Notes under the pieces: model-generated
What the model was told of the DNA's origin: nothing
Seen by the model: only the letters and a program-made list of their open reading frames with translations
Databases searched by the model: none
Source of the DNA: Octopus vulgaris
Taxonomy: Eukaryota
Direction: 5' to 3'
Length of the DNA stretch: 64,000 nt
Assembly (NCBI GenBank): GCA_951406725.2
Contig: OX597824.1
Coordinates: 33,418,001-33,482,000, forward strand
In this document: positions 54,885 through 64,000 of the stretch, in pieces
How positions within the stretch are numbered: position 1 is the stretch's first letter
Layout: each line of letters begins with the position of its first letter
Position numbers and translations under genes: made by a program

Positions 54885-56420
54885 TTATACCCCTCTGATG
54901 GTCGCTCCTTGTCCTGGTGGAGGAGCTTCCGTTGACCAATGACTCTGAGAGCGATGCAGTCGGGTGTTTTAAACTCCTGGTAGGGCCATCCTCGGCAGCC
55001 AGGTTGAAGACCAGGACACAGACAAAGTGCAACGAAACCCCAAACACTCCAAACGGTGTAACAAGTGGATAATGATTTCAACAGATCTAAACGGTTGAAC
55101 CAGGCTACACATGAAGAAGGCTACACATGATGGACATGCTACAGAAGGCGCCACACGAAACTATAACCGGATCAGCGGCAGTCCGTTTCACTTTCCGAAC
55201 TGGATCCTGCACGTCTCATTTCATATGTGCATCAGAGAAAGGTCATAAAATTAAGTGTGGGGATCACTTCCTGGCGAGTAGAGATCCATCTTAAAGAAAT
55301 TCACGCCATCGACACATTCTTCTACTCTGATTTTCTTTCACCTCCAACTAACTTTTGCAAAGCCAAACGGCAATAGGGAATGGATGACGGGAGCAGGTTT
55401 TGGTTAACTGGAAGCTTCTAGTCCTGAACCTGCACGCTGGCGGCGAATGTGTGATGGTTGCGCAACTAAGATCGAATGACTACTTAGAAGTCCGGCCCTG
55501 CATTCGTGTCTGGACAAGCCTTTTAAGAGTATCGCTGCCCACTTCAATCGAGGAAAGTCTTAGAAAAGGTGAACTAAACATCAGAAGCCGTTATCTCTGC
55601 TCGGCTTAGAAACCACAACTGGGGTGGGGGATCATTCATCATGTGGTCGAAACAACAAGAAACTTAAGACTACCAATATGATCTTTGGAACATGGAATGA
55701 TAGAACTTTTCTCGACAGTGACAACACCGACAAACCAGAAATATGCTTTGATCTAGTCTTAAAAGAACTGGCTAGGCTCAATGTAGACATTGCACTCCTG
55801 AGTGAGAAACGGCTTTCAGGAGAAGGAAGACTCGAAGAAACTGGATCTAGCTACACATTCTTTTGAAAAGGTTGTTTTCGTTTAGTAATTGCGTTTCTTT
55901 GTTCACTGAAGTTTTCTCCTAGGTATTCTTTATGAGTAATAGAGTCTGTGTATATAAGAGTTATGAGTAATAACTGTGTATATAAGAGTTATGAGTAATA
56001 ACGGCTGTGCATATAAGGGAAAAGAAGAATCCAAGGAATTGATTTTGCTATTTATTAAAACCTGCATCATACAAGACTCTCTCGTAACATCAACTGCTAT
56101 CAACGAACGAGTAATGACTCTTCGTTTACTACTTCCTAAGGAGAATTACATCACTCTCTTTTCTGCTTAAGCTACGACTCTTGATGCTGATGAAGAAGCA
56201 AAGAATCAATTTTACCAACAACTAAGTAACATCATCGCAAACATACCACCGAAGGACAAACTGTTGTTACTTGAGGATTTTAATGCAGGGGTAGGGAAGG
56301 ATCATCGCCTATACGAAAATGTCATCGGTAGAGAAGGCGTCGAGAATTTCAACTCCAATGGACATCTGCTACAAGGTCTATGCTTGGAATACAATTTAGT
56401 CGTCACAAATGCAGTTTTGA
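54885..56420 (+). mobile_element. RTE LINE 5' part (5' UTR plus APE domain), with an insert at about 55870-56015
   Basis: FGTWNDRT...ELARLNVDIALLSEKR..GEG..YTFF; INERVMTLRL; FYQQL; LLEDFNAGVG; NSNGHLL..LC....VVTN; BovB-like start ccttgtcctggtggaggagctt. Confidence 0.88.
55930..56017 (+). repeat. ~28-31-bp minisatellite, 3 copies
   Basis: ttatgagtaata...ctgtgtatataag repeated three times. Confidence 0.85.
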
Positions 56421-56494
56421 CTTCCAGTTCGCTTCAAAATTTCATCCAGATTAAATATAAACAAGTAGATTAAATATTTTTTTTATCCTTTTAT

Positions 56495-56710
56495 TATTTT
56501 ACTTGTTTCAGTCATTTGACTGTGGCTATGCTGCAGCAGAGCCTTAAAAGGTTTTAGTGGAAGAAATCGACCCCAAGACAAATTCTTTGTAAGTTTCTTT
56601 CAGTTTTCGTCTACCAAATCCAATCACAAGGCTGTGGTCGGCCCGAGGCTACAGTAGAAGACACCTGCACAAGGTGCCACGCAGTGGGTCTGAAGCCGGA
56701 ACCACGTGGG
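56495..56710 (-). mobile_element. Internally deleted SINE-B
   Basis: Tail joined directly to the 5' body. Confidence 0.8.
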
Positions 56711-56969
56711 AACTAGATTAAATATAATTTTCTTTTTTAAAATTTCATTTACTTAAAGCTAAATAGCAATAGATAATGTAAGAAAATTATATATTTGTAA
56801 CTAAAACAAGAAAATGCTAATTATCAGCACTTTTTTTTAATTATTATTCTCTGTAAAAAAAAAAAATAAAAAAAATAAAAGTAGAATCAACACACTGTGG
56901 TTCCCGCTTTCCTTGGTACCTAAACGTGTCCCTATTTTGTTTAATGCTTAATCAGATAATCAGTGGATA

Positions 56970-57344
56970 TCTTTATATATAAAAGTAAGGTTGTGTGTCT
57001 GCCTCCTACGATTTAGATTCCTAACTACTCTCACATTTTGCGGTGCAGTTTAACCAAAACCGGGTATCTTATAGTCGTGATTCATATCGAGCTCTTCTGG
57101 GTATTAGCGCGCGTCTACGATGAGTCTACGATTTAAAAAAAATTTACCATCATTTTTTTCCATTTTGATGCATTTTTTCGCTATTATATAAGGGAAGTAA
57201 CTCTCTAAAAATGTCTACGATGAGTCAACGATTTAAAAAAAAATTTACCATCATGTTTTTGCAATTTTTTGGCTATAACTCTCTAAAAATGCTTATATAG
57301 TTATTTCCCTTACAAACCCGAGCAACACCGGGCGATACTGCTAG
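56970..57344 (+). mobile_element. Non-autonomous Helitron
   Basis: A|TC start, cccg-agcaacac-cggg hairpin (57317-57332) just before CTAG|T, no TSD; internal duplication at about 57113 and 57213. Confidence 0.85.
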
Positions 57345-58138
57345 TTGTATATATTTTGTAATCATTAACAATTTACAGCGAAAACATGGATAAGCCTAGA
57401 TGGTATTGAAAAAGAAGTTATGAAAGATGAGCTCAGAGTGAAGATTATAGACGACTAAAAATAATGGCGAAAAAATATTAGGGACAAAACACCTGGTGAG
57501 GAGACAATGAAATCAGGATAGCTGCAAACATGAAAAGTTCTGCTTTATTCATTGTATTTTTTTATATTTCTCAGTTTTTGTTTTAATTACTTTTTACTTG
57601 TTTTGCATTAGCAACTTATTTTTATTAACATGAAGTGTGTCGGAGTTGTCTCCCCTGATCTCTTCCGTAGTTTAACAGAGTTGTTTCCCTTGATTGCGAA
57701 ATAAATAAAACACTATTAAAATTTAAGTAATCAAGCTGCAATATTCTTCATCATTAAGATTACTTCGTATTATTGTGGAGGTATTTGACCTTCCACTATT
57801 ACCAAAAAGGAAATAAAGTAATAACTAAAAAAAAAATAAAGTAAAATACTTGCTGTAAACGGTACAACTTCATGCTATTCTATTTATCGAGTGCAAAACC
57901 ACAAAAACATTACATATTGACAATTTGGCATCAGCAATACGACGAATCAAAGAACAAGTTATTTAAATACTTTTGAGGTGGTGGACTTCATCTGTCGCTC
58001 GGTCTACCAACGCTAGCTTTCACTTTTGTTGTCTTTAATAAAGTCGACTCTGATACAAGCGTCTAAGCCAGTTCTGCAGTTTGAGGTAACTTTCCTCCTT
58101 CCCTCCCCCCAGTTTTACAGGTCCTGTTAACAGTCTTG

Positions 58139-58356
58139 TTGTTGTTGTTGTTGTTGTTGTTGTTAAGCAACAAGACGGATAAGGGTGATTGGGTGATGGT
58201 CCAGGGCTTAGGGACGGGAGCCCCCCAGACCTTGGAAAAAAAAAACTTTGGTCGTCTTGCTATAGTCGAGGGCTCTTCGTTGACGCCCGACACCACTGGG
58301 AGGTAGCCCTAGAAGTCGCTGGAAATGGAGATCTCCAGGTCCAAATTCTTGAACGG
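58139..58356 (-). mobile_element. 5'-truncated retroposon with an (AAC)n tail and a 15-bp TSD
   Basis: ctgttaacagtcttg at 58124-58138 and 58357-58371. Confidence 0.8.
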
Positions 58357-58593
58357 CTGTTAACAGTCTTGGACAATACCGTCCTCTTCTGACTAGAAAC
58401 AATACAAATCAATGGTGAAGTAACGTTTCCTAAATTTTCAGTTAAAGGCAGAACAAGATGCACGTCGGGCAAATTGCCTAGCGACATTTCGTCCGTTTTA
58501 TGCTCTGAATTCAGATTCCGCCGTGGTCGACTTTACCTTTTATCCTTTCATGGTCAATAAATTAGGTACCAGTTAAGCACTATGGTCGATATA

Positions 58594-58830
58594 TATTTCT
58601 TTACTGCCCACAAGGGGCTAAACATAGAGGGGACAAACAAGGACAGACAAAGGGATTAAGTCGATTACATCGACCCCAGTGCGAAACTGGTACTTTATTT
58701 ATCGACCCCGAAAGGATTACAGGCAAAGTCGACCTCGGCGGAATTTGAACTCAGAACGTAACGACAGACTAAATACCGCAAAGTATTTCTCCCGGCGCGC
58801 TAACGTATCTGCCAGCTCGCCGCCTTCTTG
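58594..58830 (-). mobile_element. Full SINE-A1 inserted antisense into an older SINE-A2 (58445-58897, +)
   Basis: TSD tggtcgatata at 58583-58593 and 58831-58841. Confidence 0.9.
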
Positions 58831-59274
58831 TGGTCGATATAACTGACTCGCTCCCGCCCCCAAAAATTCGGGCCTTGTGCCTAGAAAGGATTATTATGAA
58901 AAATAGAAGCAGCGAGCCGGTAGAATCGGTGACGCGTCATGGCAAAATGCTTAGTGATATTTCTTCAGCTTTATATTAACATTAGCTGAGCAACTGATTT
59001 CCACAACTGTACACAGTTTCTCTTCTCTATTCCAAATCATTATATCATGTCCATTGTGTTTACATTCTATTGAGGCTTTCACTGGGACACTCCACCAGTA
59101 CTTTTTATTTTGAGTGGCTATGATTTCCACCATACTGTGAGTTCTTATTTCTTTGTCCTCAGGGTTATCCTTTCATCTGATCTCGTTATATAGTGCCCTA
59201 GCTATGTATGTATGTATGTATGTATGTATGTATGTATGTATGTATGTATGTATGTATGTATGTATTCATATAAA

Positions 59275-59827
59275 AATGTTCATGCCGATCTTTAAAGGAA
59301 AGGAAAAGGTCAATAAATACTTGCCATTACATTTTTAATCAACCAAATATGAACCATTTTGTTGCAGAATGCGTCTCCATCTTTCCTTTAACTTGAAAAT
59401 CCCCTCTTCCCAGAATCGAGGTGGTTTCATGGCAAAGAATTCATCAAGGTATCTTTTTACGTCAGCCAAGGAATTGAAATTTTTACCATTAAGACTATTC
59501 TGCAGAGACCTGAATAAGTGGAAACTTGAAGGAGCAATATCTGTTGAATATGGAGGGTGGGGTAACACATCCAAGCCGAGCTGCAGCAATTTTTGTCTGG
59601 TTCCCAAAGCATCAAGTGCCGAAAATGAACTTTCTTATCTTCCATTTTAAAGGGTTACAGAATTAACACAGGTTATAGGAACATAAACCTTCTTCCACGA
59701 AAAGATAGCTTAAACTGTGCTCTAAATGGATGTGTAGTTAAATCCTATTTTATGGACTCAACCATGTTCTAAAATAAGTCGAAATGTAAGCTACTATAAA
59801 TCGGCACGAACTTTCCGGACAACCCAA
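59275..59827 (-). mobile_element. Second copy of the deleted mariner
   Basis: Near-identical to 26031-26596 with the same deletion junction; left TIR eroded. Confidence 0.92.
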
Positions 59828-60555
59828 TATATATGTATACTGTGTAACGTATGTATGTTGCTGAATAGCCAGAAGCTGTAGTTTTTCGCCCGGAAAAAAT
59901 CCCATTAGAGACGTATCGTGTTAATAAAATCACAATGTATTTCAGACGAAAGGAAATCTCTCCGAAAACGGCCATTAGAGTGACAGGTACGTAAATATGT
60001 ATTGTAGCTTGGCAATGTCTTGTACTCGAGTCACTTCCCAAGCAAGATTGAATCAGCCAGTCTGAAGTATATAAAGGTTGTGTATAAACAATATACTGAT
60101 TTGGAAAGGGTGACGCATAAGCCGAATAAAATTCTAGTTATGCGATAGAAGCAGTTCTAGAGTAAAATCCTTATTTATATGACAAACTTCAGTGTCTATA
60201 ACCGGATTTTGCGTACAAAATTACATTTTACCCAGCAACAGTACACAGGTAGAGCGACCTTTTAGTTGGTTTTGCCGTTGCTCAATGCAAGGCATTCTAC
60301 TTGGCTGATCATTGAATATTGAATATTAATGTAACGAAGATTCACTAGAGGGCTCCACTGGAAGAATTGTTTATAGATTTAAATGCTCAAAAGCAACATG
60401 GTACTTTTCAATATAGACAAAAATTTTAATATTTCAGAGGAACCTGATGGCAACAATCACAGTCTGATTAACAGAAGTGGTCTTGATTTGTACTATTTTT
60501 ATGATTCACGTACCGATTCTATATATATAGATATATAGGCAAAATTTAGGATAGT

Positions 60556-60765
60556 TTGATTGATTGATTGATTCTAGTTTCAGCTCACGAGCTGTGGCCA
60601 TGCTGGGGCACCGCCATTTGGTGTTGCTACATGGTTTTACTTCACGAATGCTTTTTAGCAACTGCCATTTGGTGCATGAGAGAGTTCGATGCAGCTGCCC
60701 TCATCTGCACCTCCTGCCGTGAAGTTGGTTCATCTGGGATACCTGACAAGAAGAGATCCAGTTTC
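60556..60765 (-). mobile_element. CR1-group (Zenon-like) LINE 3' end with an (AATC)n tail
   Basis: KLDLFLSGIPDEPTSRQEVQMRAAASNSLMHQMAVAKKHS*, then ggcggtgccccagcatggccacagctcgtgagctgaaactaga(atca)n; clade is inferred. Confidence 0.7.
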
Positions 60766-61182
60766 AACTGCCAAAAGATAAATTCACTGCAGTTACCGTG
60801 GAGAAAATATCTCTCTTATGGTAAAAAAAAAAAAGAAGAAAAAAAAGTGTGAAGACACCTGGTTTGTTCAGTGTCACTATCTATCAGAAATCCCAGACAT
60901 TCGAGGTTTTTTCTTTTTCTTTTTCTTTTTTTTGACTCTTGTCCATGGGAGGCAACTCCGAACAAACTTATAAAGCAATAGCGTCATGTAAAATTCAGTC
61001 AACATTGTTGACTGATTAGCGTTGGTACATCACCGATCGAGAAAATAACGAAATTTTGGCGCTAAGCAGTGTTTAAGCATAAGCAAAATTTAGGTTCTTT
61101 AAAATATGGTTGTGACACATTTCAACAGTTAAGAGGCAAATTTACTGCAGCTACTGTGAAGAAAATAACTTTCTTATGGTAA

Positions 61183-61562
61183 TGGAAGCACTCCGTCGGT
61201 TACGACGACGAGGGTTCCGGTTGATCCGATCAACGGAACAGCCTGCTCGTGAAATTAACGTGTAAGTGGCTGAGCACTCCACAGACACGTGTACCCTTAA
61301 CGTAGTTCTCGGGGATATTCAGCGTGACACAGAGAGTGACAAGGCCGGCCCTTTGAAATACAGGTACAACAGAAACAGGAAGTAAGAGTGAGAGAAAGTT
61401 GTGGTGAAAGAGTACAGCAGGGATCACCACAATCCCTGCCGGAGCCTCGTGGAGCTTTAGGTGTTTTCGCTCAATAAACACTCGCAACGCCCGGTCTGGG
61501 AATCGAAACTGCGATCCTACGACCACGAGTCCGCGCCCTAACCACTGGGCCATTGCGCCTCC
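61183..61562 (-). mobile_element. Full-length SINE-C with a 15-bp TSD
   Basis: A-box tggcccagtgg, B-box gtttcgattcc; actttcttatggtaa at 61168-61182 and 61563-61577. Confidence 0.93.
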
Positions 61563-61644
61563 ACTTTCTTATGGTAAACAGGTGTGAAGACACCCGGCTT
61601 GTTCAGTGTCGCTATCTATCAGCAGCGCAAATGAGTCAACCTTC

Positions 61645-61691
<47 letters not shown>

Positions 61692-61924
61692 AATATATAT
61701 ATATATATATATAAATATAACAAAAGTAGTACCGCAGAAAATGGGGGTTCCATGCTGACTGCATGATAATTATCATTAACGTGATTATCATCCTTATTCC
61801 CAGGGTTTAAAGGAGTAACATAGTCCTAGTCAGGACTGCCACGTTATGTTGGCAAAAAAACTTTACTTATTCAGTACTGATACATAGATCTCAATCAGAG
61901 ATTTAAAACTATTTGTAGTTCTCC

Positions 61925-62482
61925 TTAGGAGTGGTTACGTGGCAAGTAGCTGTGTGGCACCTTGGGCAAGTGTCTTCTACTTGACGAAAACTGAAAGAAG
62001 CCTGTCGTATATATATATATATATACACAGATATATATATATATATATATATCTTCTTCTTAATCCTTTTTGCCCGGTTTCCTTGGCGCATAGGTTCCCC
62101 ACCTGGACGGGACGCCGATCCGTCGCAGGTGAGCTGCAAGATGCAGGAGGAAAGAATGAGAGAAAGTTGTGGCGAAACAGTCAGTAGAAGGTCGTCATTA
62201 CCTTCTGCCGGAGCCACGTGAATCTTAGGTGTTTCGCTCATAAACACACACATCACCCGGTCTGAGATTCGAACCCGCGAAACCGCTGCTCTAACCACTA
62301 GGCCATGTGCCTCCACTATATATATATATATATATATATGTTTGTCTGTGTTTGTCCCCCAACCAGGCTTGACAGCCGATGATGGTGTGTTTACGTCCCC
62401 GTAACTTAGTCTTAGGGTCGATTTGTTCGACTCAAGGCGGTGCTCCAGCATGGCCGCAGTGAAATGACTGAGACAAAAAAAG
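61925..62482 (+). mobile_element. Deleted SINE-B whose internal (TA)n hosts a SINE-C variant (62050-62316, minus)
   Basis: B motifs on both sides; the insert has the SINE-C head and a different tail. Confidence 0.8.
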
Positions 62483-62504
62483 AATACATACATACATACA
62501 TACA

Positions 62505-62537
<33 letters not shown>

Positions 62538-62890
62538 GCTACTGTTAATAACTGGGTATTCACTTTGGAAGTTTCTCGTAACAGAAACCAATAAATTTTC
62601 TGACATGCAACTGCTGATCGAATTATCATACTCTGTTAGGATTAAATGATTTATTGAAAGATATCATATTTTTTGCAAACTCCAGAATTTTTTTTTTTTA
62701 AATCATCTGCTTGCGACTGGAATTCCTTCTTTTCGCCAAATTGACATAGAGCATTGCTTGAATTGAGTGTTTATCAATTGATATAGAGTGTAATCTATTG
62801 TGGTTCTATTCTTTGTGAAATGCTGGGCTTAACTTGCTATTTTAAAATTGTATTTTCAAAACAGACACAAAGGTTAAATGATCAAAAGAG

Positions 62891-63050
62891 TAACCAGAGC
62901 ATTCGGAAAGCGGAATCCTCCGCCAAGGCAACGCCAACATCCTTTCAACGATTGGCCAGAGATGATTTTTAAAATGAGAATATCTGAAATAAACTTGACT
63001 CCTCACACAAACGGGAATATTAAAAATGAACTCAACTGCTCTCAAAATTT

Positions 63051-63081
<31 letters not shown>

Positions 63082-63288
63082 CAGGAAAAATAATCCAGAA
63101 TCCTTGTCCGGTACTGGATCGATCCCAAAATCAATCAGTTCATGCCAGCCACGAGGTCAAACAACTCTGAAAGTTTCATCCGAATCCATCCTGAGGTTCT
63201 TGAGATATCTTGTCCACGGACAAACAAACAAACAAACAAACACGATTGAAAACAATACCTCCGACTTTGCTAATGCGGAAGTAATAAT
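62891..63288. mobile_element. Helentron-associated (HINE/DINE-1-like) non-autonomous element
   Basis: Subterminal cctccgcc, internal (CAAA)n, terminal acctccg...cggaagtaat hairpin; class inferred from architecture. Confidence 0.5.
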
Positions 63289-64000
63289 GAATTAATTCAA
63301 TTTTAGCTTTTTTTTTAATCATTTTATTTATGCATTTATTTATTTATTCATTTTATCCTCACAAAATAAATCATTTCGTCACAAAAAAATAAATCATATA
63401 AATGTCCGTTATAAATGGACGGAAACTATGTTTCATTAATAAATATTAGAATCTCTCTCTCTAAGGCCGCGGAGTAAGAAGAACACACCAGAAACATGAG
63501 ACAAGGAAGAAAATATTCTCCACACGGATTTCTCAACAATGACATTCTGTTTAAGGAAACATTTCAATAAGGTAGACTATAAAACACTGAGGTTAAATTT
63601 TTTGTCATTTTACAACTTTCAACAAGAGTCTTATGAAATTTCAGATGTGTAGTTTGTCTGAAAATATTCAAAGAAAATATAATTTTTCTGATTATGTTTT
63701 GAATCATAAAAGTATTTAAACGTCAGTGACAATATTCTTTTTTTTTCCTTTTTTCAATGAAATATCTATTAAAGCTTCCTAGTAATTTTATCTTAATTTA
63801 AGACAATGAATGTTGGTTCTGTGGATTGTATCTCTATTTTTTATAATATCCATAAAGTATAAAACGGAAAAATATATACTTGTTTTTAAAAAAAATTACA
63901 ATAGATATAATAATAGAATGAAAATCTTAATTTTTCTTCCTTTATTGTTGTAATGATCGGGATGAAAACAATTCCTAACCGTCAACTTATTTAAATTTCA

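Noticed and set aside
58139-58200. (AAC)n-tailed retroposon as the partner of SINE family D
   Set aside because: Only the AAC tail is shared; the preceding sequence does not align
59946-59986. Possible 41-nt exon (tttcag...CAG/gtacgt)
   Set aside because: Weak polypyrimidine tract, no recognisable peptide and no partner exons; expected by chance, so RNA-seq would be needed

Overview
Eukaryotic, AT-rich, microsatellite-saturated non-coding DNA (intronic or intergenic). The repeat landscape strongly suggests an Octopus genome; this is inferred from the repeats and not verified. I found no host protein-coding gene. Most long ORFs in the track are translated (TA)n, (CA)n, (TACA)n or (ATT)n repeats, and the rest are decayed transposon fragments. 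The window holds dozens of tRNA-derived SINEs in four families (my labels A, B, C, D). It also holds LINE fragments (R4/Dong-like and other RLE-type, Tx1/L1-type, RTE, CR1-type), Penelope-like pieces, Tc1/mariner derivatives, hAT-like and GG..CC MITEs, non-autonomous Helitrons and a tRNA-Asp pseudogene. Four signals stand out. (1) SINE-A with a Tx1-like 3' tail inserts at GGTA, including the GGTA inside its own head, and resolves its 5' junction by homology, which builds tandem chimeric arrays with very long target duplications. (2) Two SINE/LINE 3'-tail partnerships are visible inside the window, one with a covarying hairpin. (3) There are minimal hammerhead ribozyme folds, including a G3-C8 core-swap variant inside a palindrome with 110-bp arms. 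(4) Two complementary halves of one R4-like RT lie 19.4 kb apart in opposite orientation, suggesting an inversion. All alignments were done by eye, so coordinates of degenerate elements are approximate.
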